NCBI GenBank assembly: GCA_043776875.1
Contig: JAYVQU010000039.1
Location: forward strand, 29,239 to 93,238
From: Actinomycetes bacterium
Lineage (GTDB): Bacteria; Actinomycetota; Actinomycetes; Nanopelagicales; Nanopelagicaceae
Length of the DNA: 64,000 bases
Direction: 5' to 3'
Shown here: positions 37,781-47,900 of the stretch, one piece after another
Layout: each line of letters opens with the position of its first letter
Numbering within the stretch: position 1 is the first letter of the stretch
Position numbers and translations under genes: made by a program
Notes under the pieces: generated by a model
Seen by the model: the letters and a program-made list of their open reading frames with translations, nothing else
Told to the model about the DNA's origin: nothing
The model's database searches: none

Positions 37781-39236
37781 CTAAATCTCCACTGATTCCA
37801 ACAAGGGGTAAGCCGCCGCCAGGATGTGCTGATCCGCCCACTAAATACAAATCTTTGATCGGGGAACGGTTCTTAGCTCTCATAAATGCAGCCTTAGCGC
37901 CATTACTTGAACTCCCATAAATTGCACCACCTGGTGCATTCACTTGCAATTGAAGATCTGCTGGCGTCCGAATGGTCAGTGACTCCAATCTCGCTCTAAT
38001 GCTGATGCCGCGCGTTTCAATTTGATCGATGATGCGGTTGGCGTACTCATTTGCAATATCGCTATCACTCCAATTAAAAGTGCCATGTGTTGGGGCATTA
38101 ACTAATACAAACCAACCTTCTAAGTATTCATCTTTACTCATGGCATCATCATTAGGTGCACAGATGTAAATCGTTGGCGCTTCAACTGGCTTGCCCTCAC
38201 TAAAAATTGCATCAAATTCGGCATCATAGTTTTCCGGAAACAGCACCGTGTGATGATTCATAGGCTGTGTGGGATCTTTGCGCATCCCAAGTAGCAAGCA
38301 AAAGCCGGCAACTGATGCATCAGCTTTAGCGATATTGGCACGCGCTCTTTTTAAAAGACGGGTATTGCCCTTAATTAAACTGTTGTAGACCAATGATGCA
38401 TCAGCATTTGCGACCACTGCATCAGATTGAATTACTGATCCATCGGCCAAAACAACGCCAGTCGCCTTTTTGTCCGCTACTTGGATCATGGCAACAGCAG
38501 AATTTAAGTGGAAAGTGACTCCCACCTCAACTGCACGCTGGTGAACAGTTTTCGCAAGATTTCCTAGCCCGCCTTTTACATGCCAGGCACCAAAGCTTTC
38601 TTCGACAAAAGCAATGGTCGAAAGCACAGCGGGAGCTTTTCGTGGATCGGAGCCACTATAGGTTGCATATCGATCCATGATGTAGCGAAGGCGCCAATCC
38701 TTTAATGTTTCATCGGCATGCGCGCGTAAAGATTTCCAAGGGGCAATGATTATCATGTCACGTAAAAAGGTTTTGCGCTTCAATAAGGAAAGCGGAGATT
38801 TAAGTTCTGACTCAATAAATGGCTCACGACTCACATCCCACATCAATTCAGCACGATGCATGATCTGATCCCACTGTGCCGCACTTTCTTCGCCAAAACT
38901 ATTTGCTATTGCACCGAGTGTTTCTTTGCGCGAAAGATTGACAAATTTCACATTGGTTCCGTCAGTGAATCGGTAGTCAAAAGATGGATTGACCGGCTCA
39001 ATTGGACATACAAAACCCATGGGCTTGCCGGTTCGTTGGAAGAAATCTCGATAAACTGCGGGTAATGTTAAAAGTGAGGGACCGGTATCAAATGCGACTT
39101 TTCCGATCCATTCGGTTCGACATTTACCACCAATTTGATCTGAAGCTTCATAAACAACCACTTCATGTCCACCTCGTGCTAAACGTGCAGCCGCGGTCAT
39201 CCCACCCATTCCTGCCCCGATCACAACGATCTTCAT
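37740..39236 (-). CDS. crtD: Second CrtI-family desaturase (CrtD-like hydroxycarotenoid 3',4'-desaturase)
   Basis: IGAGMGG, FDTGPSLLTLP, LVGGSAHPGGGLPLV. ATGA overlap with the GT2 stop. CrtD role inferred from the cruF context. Confidence 0.72.
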   Translation of the reverse strand: MKIVVIGAGMGGMTAAARLARGGHEVVVYEASDQIGGKCRTEWIGKVAFDTGPSLLTLPAVYRDFFQRTGKPMGFVCPIEPVNPSFDYRFTDGTNVKFVNLSRKETLGAIANSFGEESAAQWDQIMHRAELMWDVSREPFIESELKSPLSLLKRKTFLRDMIIIAPWKSLRAHADETLKDWRLRYIMDRYATYSGSDPRKAPAVLSTIAFVEESFGAWHVKGGLGNLAKTVHQRAVEVGVTFHLNSAVAMIQVADKKATGVVLADGSVIQSDAVVANADASLVYNSLIKGNTRLLKRARANIAKADASVAGFCLLLGMRKDPTQPMNHHTVLFPENYDAEFDAIFSEGKPVEAPTIYICAPNDDAMSKDEYLEGWFVLVNAPTHGTFNWSDSDIANEYANRIIDQIETRGISIRARLESLTIRTPADLQLQVNAPGGAIYGSSSNGAKAAFMRAKNRSPIKDLYLVGGSAHPGGGLPLVGISGDLVTEAIGYEQNSRH

Positions 39237-40297
39237 AAGGCGCGCCCCTTCCAGGTGACTGTGCTTTGTACTGAGTATGAATGAATGATTAGATAGATCA
39301 AAGCCATCACAGATAATGGATGAATCAGGCAATCAATAATTCGGCCGTGACTCTTGATTGCGCTAAGCATCCGAGTTGCAACAATTAAGAAAAACCCTAG
39401 CCATCCGTATGGATCACCCAATAGACCTAGAATCAATGGCGCTATGCTGGAAAGAAAAAGAAATGTGATAACCAAGATTGTGCCAAAGATTGATCCGAAA
39501 GCTTTACTAAGTGATTTCCCATAGCCGGCTTGAATTTCATCCCACGATGAGTACATACGACACTGTGCGATAGCGGCACCATTTATTACGGTTCCAAGTG
39601 AGCCACTGCTAATTAAGGCACGCGCCAAAAAAACATCATCTAAGACTGCGTGCTTGATCGAGTTATACCCACCAATCTTTGCTAGAGCTGCACGACGGAC
39701 AACAAAGAATTGTCCATTTGCTACCGCTAGCGATGTTCGGGCAGAGCCTTCGGCAAATCGCAGTGGAACCGTACTCAGCCAGGACCATTGAAGCAACGGC
39801 TGAATAAGGCGCTCACCAAAGGTAACCGCTAACTGGCGAGGATAGGGTGAAATAAAATCAAATCTACCGGCCACCAAACTCGTAATTGCGCTATTAATTG
39901 CATCCTTACTTAGACGAACATCCGCATCCAATGACACAATAAACTCTTCCGTTGAATTTTCAAATAACTGCTGCAAAGCCCAGGTCTTGCCAATCCAACC
40001 AGGTGCAAGTTCGGCACCCTTTAGTATGGTAAATCGTTGGTCACCTGCAATAAATTGTTGAAGTAGTTGAAAAGTCTCATCCTCAGAGTTGTCATCAAGC
40101 AGGTAAAAATGTAGATCACCTTTTTGACCAGAAAGGGTTGCTATCAAGTGTTCCACATTGTCGGCTTCATTTCGCAGCGGCAGAATTACGCCAACTGACT
40201 GACTTAATTGCGCGCTCATGATGGGTGTACGAAGCAGAAAGAAGTTGCCAGTTGCTATGACTAGCAAGACAAGAGGAAGTAAATAGACCAAAGACAT
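39233..40297 (-). CDS. GT2 glycosyltransferase, carotenoid glycosyltransferase-like (CruC/CrtQ type)
   Basis: LPLRNEA, GWIGKTWAL, DAD, ANGQF, DDV.LAR; N- and C-terminal TM segments. Confidence 0.82.
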   Translation of the reverse strand: MSLVYLLPLVLLVIATGNFFLLRTPIMSAQLSQSVGVILPLRNEADNVEHLIATLSGQKGDLHFYLLDDNSEDETFQLLQQFIAGDQRFTILKGAELAPGWIGKTWALQQLFENSTEEFIVSLDADVRLSKDAINSAITSLVAGRFDFISPYPRQLAVTFGERLIQPLLQWSWLSTVPLRFAEGSARTSLAVANGQFFVVRRAALAKIGGYNSIKHAVLDDVFLARALISSGSLGTVINGAAIAQCRMYSSWDEIQAGYGKSLSKAFGSIFGTILVITFLFLSSIAPLILGLLGDPYGWLGFFLIVATRMLSAIKSHGRIIDCLIHPLSVMALIYLIIHSYSVQSTVTWKGRAL

Positions 40298-40303
40298 AAA
40301 GTT

Positions 40304-41107
40304 TTACGGTCTTCCGATCCATCGATTGAAAAAGTAAGGCGCCAGGAGAACTCCCATAACTAGTCCAGCAAATAAGGCGATTCCTGGACGGTTGAAGAAA
40401 AAAAGATTTCCGATGGTTCCTGAAAATAAAGTCCAAAACAAAAGTATGTCCACCGCAATCAACGAACCACCATCTTTGCGACGATCACGCGGGGTAGCAA
40501 AGTGTAAAATAGTTATTAGTGCCATTCCAGATAACAACCAACCGAAAGCATTTGAGGCTGGGATTTCAGATTGAAATGGAACATGTGAACCTTTAACCAC
40601 CCAAGTCCAGTGACCAGCAGAAACCATTAGTGGATCAAGAAATAAATCCCACGCCATCATAAGCGCAGCTCCATAAAGGAAGACCCAAGATTTCGCTATT
40701 CGCCGGGCAGCCACTAAACAGGGATGCGCGATCATGACCCAAGCAAATGGAACTACTAACGGAACATCAAAGATTTTTGGTCCCAAAGTATCTGAGTAAG
40801 TGTATTCACCAAATGGCCAACTAGTTGTTACGCCAAGTTGTTCTATGAAATATCCAAATAGCAAAGCTATGCCAAGCAAACTCCAACCATAGCGCGCACC
40901 GTAAGCTGCAACTCCATGAAGAAACATGGCGATGGCAGCGGTATAAACTGAGACAATAGTGACGAATAGCAAGACACTTCCAGTTACCAACGGATACAAA
41001 ATCTGCATAAAAATACTTAGTCCAAGAAAAATTGACATGATCGCCACTAATTCAGGTGACGCTCCGCCGCGTTGCCTGCGTCGCGGTGTGTAATGGCGGA
41101 TGGACAT
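40304..41107 (-). CDS. cruF: Carotenoid 1,2-hydratase CruF (DUF422) family
   Basis: EQLGVTT.WPFG.Y.Y...LGP, VPLVVPFAW, WDLFLDP, NAFGW. Confidence 0.85.
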   Translation of the reverse strand: MSIRHYTPRRRQRGGASPELVAIMSIFLGLSIFMQILYPLVTGSVLLFVTIVSVYTAAIAMFLHGVAAYGARYGWSLLGIALLFGYFIEQLGVTTSWPFGEYTYSDTLGPKIFDVPLVVPFAWVMIAHPCLVAARRIAKSWVFLYGAALMMAWDLFLDPLMVSAGHWTWVVKGSHVPFQSEIPASNAFGWLLSGMALITILHFATPRDRRKDGGSLIAVDILLFWTLFSGTIGNLFFFNRPGIALFAGLVMGVLLAPYFFNRWIGRP

Positions 41108-41136
41108 AGGTGTAAGTCTGCCCTATAAACCTTTAC

Positions 41137-41790
41137 TTACTTAATTAAACCCCGCAGACCTACTACAGCAAATCGCGCAAATAACTCTTCCGAGTACCAG
41201 TTATAACTGGCAGTGTCAGCGATTGCTTTTTGATGTGCGGCGCCGCGGTAAGCGAACTCCTTTACGGCAGAGGCTGATTCCCATAATGAAAAAGTACCCT
41301 GAAGACCTATTGGTGCTTCCCCAATTCCAATCGCGGCAATTAATCCTTGAGCTGATTTCAATGAAAGTGTCACCGGTGGTACCGATCTCCAAAAGCGAAG
41401 GTTGTGGTTCCATTTGATTCGAGCACGAGTAATTGCTACCACCTGACCACTCCAATCCTTCACCGAAGGGAAAAATGGTTGCTCGCCAGCCCATTGTCCG
41501 TGTGAAGAAATCGGAGATAGTACTGCCCGAAACTCAGTCACTGAATTCTTGCGCCAACTTTTGATAACACTAGATGTATCAAAGTCAGCAATGTCAGCTA
41601 CGGCTGCGATTAACCCCCAACGAAGCGGATTAGCATCATTTGGCGTGAATGTTTCGCCTTTACCCGTTCCCAAAGATTTATAGAAGGCAACGTTTTTATC
41701 TAGGGAAAGTTGCAAACGATTTGATCCCATTGCATACATTGCAAATGGAATTCGGGAAGGTTTTATTGTCCAAAAGTAGGCAACGATCAT
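41137..41790 (-). CDS. crtA: CrtA-like (spheroidene monooxygenase family) carotenoid oxygenase
   Basis: FYKSLGTG.G, IGIGEAPIGLQGTFSLW, FAYR..AHQ.AI, YSEELFARF. Confidence 0.85.
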   Translation of the reverse strand: MIVAYFWTIKPSRIPFAMYAMGSNRLQLSLDKNVAFYKSLGTGKGETFTPNDANPLRWGLIAAVADIADFDTSSVIKSWRKNSVTEFRAVLSPISSHGQWAGEQPFFPSVKDWSGQVVAITRARIKWNHNLRFWRSVPPVTLSLKSAQGLIAAIGIGEAPIGLQGTFSLWESASAVKEFAYRGAAHQKAIADTASYNWYSEELFARFAVVGLRGLIK

Positions 41791-42275
41791 TTATCTCCTA
41801 CCATCATTGGCATAGCGCCGGTGCACGCAATCAACTCTAAAAATGAGGTTGGGTACACCGCATGTGGGTGACCGGCCGCTGCCCAGACAACTTGATAATC
41901 ATTTAGCACCTCATCTATAACTATAGTTGCAGGGCAGACCCAACCAATCGGTGCAACTCCACCAATTGAAAAACCTGATTTGTCCTTTACATAGTTAGCA
42001 TCCACCCGACCAAGTTTTTCAATTCCTAAATTCTTGGCAACTAGGTCGGTATCTACTCGATGCCGGCCACTAGTAATAATCAAAAGCGGCTCTTCATCTG
42101 GAAGTTTGAAAATAAGGGATGAAGCAATCTGGCCAACTTCGACACCAAGAGCGCAAGCAGCTGCTTGGGCGGTGCCGGCGCTCTCGGAAAGTACATGGAT
42201 TTCACCTTGGATGCCATGAGCTAGCAGTGCGGCCAAAACCCGCTTGACCGCTGCTTTTTCCGTTACGCCTTCCAT
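41787..42275 (-). CDS. YbaK/EbsC (aminoacyl-tRNA deacylase-like) protein
   Basis: TAQAAA.ALG..VGQI..SLIF, GFSIGGVAP, WAAAGHP. Confidence 0.9.
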   Translation of the reverse strand: MEGVTEKAAVKRVLAALLAHGIQGEIHVLSESAGTAQAAACALGVEVGQIASSLIFKLPDEEPLLIITSGRHRVDTDLVAKNLGIEKLGRVDANYVKDKSGFSIGGVAPIGWVCPATIVIDEVLNDYQVVWAAAGHPHAVYPTSFLELIACTGAMPMMVGDK

Positions 42276-42457
42276 CTCTCCACTTTAATGCGCACAAGGA
42301 GTAAGTGAAACGCGATTCCGATTGCCATTCCCCAAATAAGGTCAATTGCCAATGGCAGCGCAACTATCGCAACTGTTATTCCTGCAATTAAATCTGCAGT
42401 TATCTCTTTCTGGGTTCTGGAAAACTCATTTAGGCGTGGCCAAAATGAGAAGAACAT
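42263..42457 (-). pseudogene. Internally deleted SulP-family anion permease remnant (64-aa in-frame mini-ORF)
   Basis: SulP TM1 DLIAGITVAIVALPLAI is joined directly to DLIWGMAIGIAF, which resembles the last SulP TM. A -10 TACAAT lies 5 nt before the ATG. Confidence 0.72.
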
Positions 42458-42535
42458 GCTCAATTGTATGGCTTCATATCGCGCTGTGTCAGTTACCGTT
42501 GCCACCCTATGGCAATCGACTTGTATATATTAGGG

Positions 42536-43723
42536 ATGCGAGCCCGCAATGCTTTGTGGGCTTCATTTTTCATACTTGGTTTTTTGGGCCTGGCATGGAT
42601 CCCACGTATTCCTGAAATAAAGGATGCATTGGGATTAAGTGATGGTCAATTTGGATTGGTGTTGCTAGCAAGTGTCGTTGGAGCTATTCCAGGTGCACAA
42701 ATAGCTGGACGTGTGGTTCACATGCATTCATCAAAATTGGTTGTGCAGATAGCGGGTATCTTGCTTCCCTTTGGTGTCTTTGTAGTTGGCATGGCAGAGA
42801 GCGTTCAAATACTCTTACTTGGGTTATTCATTTGTGGTTTTAATGTTGCCTTTATGGATATTGCAATTAATGGTCAAGCTGTTGAAATTGAAAAACATAC
42901 TAAAGGTCGGTGGATGTCGAGCTTTCACGGGTTGTGGAGTGTCGGAGCTTTCGCCGCCACTCTAGTTGGTGGAGTAGTAGCTAACTTTCTCACCCCAAGA
43001 GAGAATTTAATTGCGATAGCGGTGTTTGGATTATTTGCCTTTCCAGTTACGGCACATTTTTTGCTATCCGCCGACCATGACGGACACTTAGGCGAGCCTG
43101 GTGAGAAATCAGCAGGCAAGGTTGCATTACTTGGAAAAGAATCCTTGATCTTGTGGGCACTTGGAATTGGCTTGATGTGTTCCTTAATCCCCGAAGGTGG
43201 CGCATACGAATGGAGTGGCATTTTGTTGCAAGACCATATGGGCATCGGTAAAGGCTTAAATGCAGCTGCCGCCACAACCTTTTCGCTAGCGATGATTGCT
43301 AGTCGGCTATTGGGTGATCGGGCTTTTGAAAAGTGGGGGCATGTAAACACCGTTAAGTACGGTGGCTTCTTTGGTGGAAGTTTATGGGGAATTGGTTTAC
43401 TAATTGGAATACCTTTAGCTAAATCTCAACCAACTGCGGGTTTAATTGTTGTTTGCTTAGGTTTTGCGGCGGCAGGTTTTGGAATGGGACCATTTTTTCC
43501 AGCTTTTAACTTAGCGGCAGCATCTATTCCAGGTGTAGCACCTTCAGTGGGATTGGCTCGAGTTGGCATAATCGCAATTGCGGCTTACTTTGGTGGGCCA
43601 ACAATTATTGGTTTAATCGCAGAAATAACTTCTTTGCCGGTTGCATTTGCTTTCCCAGTACTGCTCTATCTGGTGGTGGGGATTCAATCTCGATACCTAA
43701 AGGTGCGAGCGATCAGGCTATAG
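42536..43723 (+). CDS. MFS transporter (YbjJ-like); start uncertain (42509 or 42536)
   Basis: WIPRIPEIK..LGLS, MDIAINGQA..IE, SSFHGLWS.G, RLLGD; about 12 TM segments. Confidence 0.88.
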   Translation: MRARNALWASFFILGFLGLAWIPRIPEIKDALGLSDGQFGLVLLASVVGAIPGAQIAGRVVHMHSSKLVVQIAGILLPFGVFVVGMAESVQILLLGLFICGFNVAFMDIAINGQAVEIEKHTKGRWMSSFHGLWSVGAFAATLVGGVVANFLTPRENLIAIAVFGLFAFPVTAHFLLSADHDGHLGEPGEKSAGKVALLGKESLILWALGIGLMCSLIPEGGAYEWSGILLQDHMGIGKGLNAAAATTFSLAMIASRLLGDRAFEKWGHVNTVKYGGFFGGSLWGIGLLIGIPLAKSQPTAGLIVVCLGFAAAGFGMGPFFPAFNLAAASIPGVAPSVGLARVGIIAIAAYFGGPTIIGLIAEITSLPVAFAFPVLLYLVVGIQSRYLKVRAIRL

Positions 43724-44459
43724 CCCAAGTTTCGATGAGGGTAAAGAGGGCAATTAAATAAAGAAGTGTGGCAAAGGCTTTGCGCAAGAGCGCGGGGTCA
43801 ACCTGTCCGCTTCTTATGGATGCGATCCGAGCAACTACTACTGCTGCTATTGCCATCGAAACTGGAACCGCCCAATTCACTAAGTGCCAGTTTTGGAAAT
43901 GCCCAAAGAATGCTGTAATTGAATTGAGGAAAATTATTGCTAGTGATGTTCCAGCAGCTTTGCTGGGCGTATTCTTAAAGAAGAGAACTAGCACGGGGAT
44001 CGCAAGAAAACCGCCACCAATTCCAAATAATCCAGTCATGGATCCGATTACCAAAGAGATTACTACTAACCAAAAAACTGGAATCTTCTTTTCGCTTCCC
44101 AAAATAGGCTTGATTAACATAGCGGTACCGGCGGTAAGCATTACTATTGAAAAACCCGTAATGATTACATTGTCGCTAAGTTTATGCGCGACTAATGATC
44201 CACCTAGGTTTGTCACTAGTCCCAGACTCCAGATAACCAAGGCCTCTTTTATCAGCACATCACCGGTTCTTAATTTTGGCAATAAACCTGAAACTGCGGC
44301 GAGTAAAACAACTGCCAGGGCGGCAGTTGTCGCAGCTTGCGGAGTGAAGTTGAAGATGTACAAGAGGATTGGTACCGAGAGCATTGCACCGCCAGCGCCG
44401 ATGAAACCAAGGACTGCGCCAATGAAGGCACCAGCAATTAGCCCAGCGATAATTTCCAT
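43713..44459 (-). CDS. TauE/SafE family sulfite/organosulfonate exporter
   Basis: Duplicated GFIGAGGAMLSVP / GLFGIGGGFLAIP repeats, AAGTSL. Start set to ATG 44459, 6 nt after CATTAT. Confidence 0.88.
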   Translation of the reverse strand: MEIIAGLIAGAFIGAVLGFIGAGGAMLSVPILLYIFNFTPQAATTAALAVVLLAAVSGLLPKLRTGDVLIKEALVIWSLGLVTNLGGSLVAHKLSDNVIITGFSIVMLTAGTAMLIKPILGSEKKIPVFWLVVISLVIGSMTGLFGIGGGFLAIPVLVLFFKNTPSKAAGTSLAIIFLNSITAFFGHFQNWHLVNWAVPVSMAIAAVVVARIASIRSGQVDPALLRKAFATLLYLIALFTLIETWAIA

Positions 44460-44534
44460 GTTGCAATAATGACGCAAAACGCCCGCCAGTAATTAACTGA
44501 CGGACTCCTTTAGTAGTTGCGGGAAGGTACAAGG

Positions 44535-44566
44535 GTAATAGTAGTTGAATCTTCAACTACTATTAC
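44535..44566. repeat. Perfect 15-2-15 inverted repeat
   Basis: GTAATAGTAGTTGAA-TC-TTCAACTACTATTAC, with a third TAGTAGTTG half-site at 44511-44519. Confidence 0.92.
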
Positions 44567-44586
44567 AGTACGACACGCCTGTGGGC

Positions 44587-44632
44587 TTGCCATTTGTCGG
44601 TAGCGGGGGCTATTTTTCGAACATCTGTTCGG
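44587..44632 (+). promoter_or_regulatory. Promoter with LexA (SOS) box for DUF6504-dnaE2-dinB
   Basis: TTGCCA-N18-TATTTT followed immediately by TCGAAC-ATCT-GTTCGG (44617-32), matching actinobacterial TCGAAC-N4-GTTCGA with one mismatch. Confidence 0.8.
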
Positions 44633-44663
44633 ATACCCACAGCTTTGGAAGGTGCCCCTGAAA

Positions 44664-44945
44664 ATGTCAGCCCCGCAGGTCAACTCGCCCGTCGATGTCA
44701 CTACCGATGGGCCAACAACCCCGATTGAATTCACCTTTAAGGGAAAGCGTTTTCGCATTCATGCGGTGCTCACTAGATGGTGTGAAGCAGGTGGTTGGTG
44801 GAATCGCATTGGCGATGGCAAGTACCGTCCGGATGACCAAGCGTGTGCGGTGTGGCGGGTAGAGGCTGCACCTATTGGCGCGCTAACAACCTTTGAACTC
44901 GAATGTGACGAGCTAACAGGTCAATGGATTATTCGGAACGTATGA
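44664..44945 (+). CDS. DUF6504-like small protein (possible stand-alone ImuB C-terminal-like domain)
   Basis: P..F.FKG.RF.I..V..RW...GGWW...VWRVEA pattern; its stop overlaps the dnaE2 ATG. Confidence 0.75.
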   Translation: MSAPQVNSPVDVTTDGPTTPIEFTFKGKRFRIHAVLTRWCEAGGWWNRIGDGKYRPDDQACAVWRVEAAPIGALTTFELECDELTGQWIIRNV

Positions 44946-47900
44946 GTTTTATTCATCTCAATGTTGCCAGTGCATACTCATTGAAATACGGAACCACCCA
45001 ACCTATGGATTTAGTACAACGCGCAGCCCAGTTTGAAATGCCTGCGTTAGCGCTAACAGATCGCGATGGCTTGGCTGGTGCTATCCGTTTTACGCAAAGT
45101 TGTGTTGATCATGGCATCGCCCCGATTATCGGAGTCAACTGTGCAATTGATCTTGCCAATGCAAAAGGGCGCATTACATTGCTGGCCCATAGCGACGGGG
45201 GATGGCGCTCGCTGTGTAGGTTAATGACATCACTGTCAATGACAAGTGATACTCGCACACCAGTTCTGACCTTAGATTTTCTGCAACGCTTCAGCAGGTA
45301 CAGCACCAATGTGTATGCAATGCATGGCCCGGAATCACCGATGAGTAGTGCAATCCAAGATCACCGTTTTGACCAAGCCCTATCTATTTTTAATCAAACT
45401 CGAGATTTATTTGCAAATAATGCAGTTGAGTGTGTTTCACATTTGGTTGCTGGCAAAGGTTCGCGATCCACCGAGCATGCAGCCCGATCCTTAATCTTTG
45501 CACGTGATAATGATATTGATGCTGTTATCACTAACGCGGTTCGCATGCGCGATCGCGCCGATGGTCCAGTTGCCGATGTCTTAGATTGCACTCGCCAGCT
45601 AGTGCCACTACATGCTCGCCATATTGAACGCCGCAACGCTGAAGGTTTTTTTAAAACTAGTAATGAAATGATTTCGTTAGCTGCTGAAATTGCGCGAGCT
45701 GCCGGAGAGCGAACTCCGCGTGCATTGTTAAAGACAACTCGGGAATGGGCAGAACGCGCTTTGCTATCACCGCAACGAGATATTGGTTTAGGGGGAGCGC
45801 ATTTACCTGAACCTCAAGTAGTTGGTGCTGAAAATGCCCAAGAAATGCGGGCCTTATTGCGCAGTCGCAGCGAAGCCGGGATTAACTGGAGGTACAGCAA
45901 CAGCAGCACAATTGCCCAGGCACGTGAGCGTTTAGATGATGAATTAGCAACTGTTGCAACACTTGGTTACGAATCATACTTTTTAACTGTTGCAGATATC
46001 GTCAGCATGGCAGGTGCTGCAGATATTCGCGTTGCAGCACGTGGTAGCGGTGCAGGTTCGTTGATTTGTCACTTACTCGGAATCTCAGGCGTCGATCCCA
46101 TGCAACATGGGTTACTAATGGAACGGTTTTGTTCGCCATTGCGTAAAGCATTACCAGATATTGATATCGATGTTGAATCAGCTAGGCGGCTTGAAATTTA
46201 TGACATGGTCTTTAAACGCTATGGTGATAAGAATTGGGATTCACCAAGCAACCAATCTCGTTGCGCCGTTGTTGCAATGGTTGACACATACCGAGCCCGC
46301 CATGCAATTCGAGATGCGGGTGCAGCCCTGGGTTTACCTGGCATGGAGATCGACCTGCTTGCTAAATCCATGCCACATGTTCGTGCTCGTGACATCTCCA
46401 AAACTTTAGCATCCTTACCTGAACTTCAAAAACTAAATGTTTCAGCCCCTCTTATGGCAGCAACAATTGAGATGGCGCAACGCCTCGATGGCCTGCCACG
46501 ACATTTAGCAATGCATCCTTGCGCAATTGTTTTATCCGATGGAGGTTTTTTAGATCGAGCACCATTAATGGTGAGTGCTGGCAGATACCCCATGGTTGCC
46601 TTTGATAAAGATGATGTAGAAGCCGTTGGCCTACTAAAGCTTGATGTATTAGGTGTGCGAATGCAATCGACAATCGCTTATTCGGTTAGAGAGATTGAAC
46701 GTGTGCATAAAGAAAAAGTTGATATCGATTCGGTACCACTTGATGATCAGGCAACGTACAAGTTAATTCAGTCAACTCGTACCCTAGGAATATTCCAAGT
46801 AGAAAGCCCCGGACAACGCGAGTTAGTTGGCAAACTGGCCCCAGCTAACTTCACCGATTTAATTATCGACATCTCCTTGTTTAGACCAGGTCCGGTTAAA
46901 AGCGACATGATCACGCCATTTCTTAAGGCACGTCATGGATGGAGCCCAGCGCCGATAATTCACCCTGATTTATCTAAGATTTTGGCCTATACCGAAGGCG
47001 TTGTCGTCTTCCATGAACAAGTTATTGCGATCATTGCAACGATAACTGGAGTATCGCTGGCGACAGCTGATGAAAAGCGTAGATCCTTAGGGGAGAAGAT
47101 CGGGCAGCAAGAAGTTTGTGATTGGTTTTTTCCTGCCGCAACCGCAAAGGGATATGAGTTGCCGATCATTAATAAAATTTGGGATGTACTGCGCGCTTTC
47201 GCCTCCTTTGGTTTTTGTAAAGCGCATGCTGCAGCTTTTGCCCTACCTACCTACCAATCAGCATGGCTTAAAACCCACTATCCAGCCGCATTTCTTGCCG
47301 GGGTATTAACCCATGACCCTGGCATGTATCCCAAACGTTTAATTGTTGATGAAGCACGGCAAATGGGAATCACTATTGCACCTATCGATGCCAACGCATC
47401 AGATTCTGTTTATCGAGTCGAGGATCACGGAAATGCAATTCGCATCGCACTATCAACAGTTAACCGAATTAGCGATGCCGAAGTCAGGTCCATTATTGCC
47501 GCTCGCCCATATCTTGATTTAGCAGATTTTGTTCGACGCTCAGGAGCTAGTACACCGATCACTGAAAGTATGATTCTTACCGGCGCATTTGATTCGCTGC
47601 ACATCAATGTCAACCGTCGCGATCTATTGTTGCACTTTTCTGATCTACAAAAGTCTGCTAGCGCTTCGGTATCTGGGGCACAGATGAATTTGGGGTTTGA
47701 TCCACCAGCAATCATTAGTAGCGGATTACCTGCCATGAGTAATGCCGAAAGTGTTCGGCATGAAGTAGATCGGCTCGGTATTGATATGTCTCGGCACATG
47801 ATTGAGTTTTATGGAACATTTCTAAATGCAATAGGTGCTGTTCGTTCTAGTGATCTTTTAAAGCAGCGCTCTCAATCATCGGTGTTGGTTGCAGGGGTTA

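Noticed and set aside
43768-44469. 233-aa plus-strand ORF antisense to tauE
   Set aside because: Mirror of hydrophobic codons, with no recognisable family, SD or -10 box.
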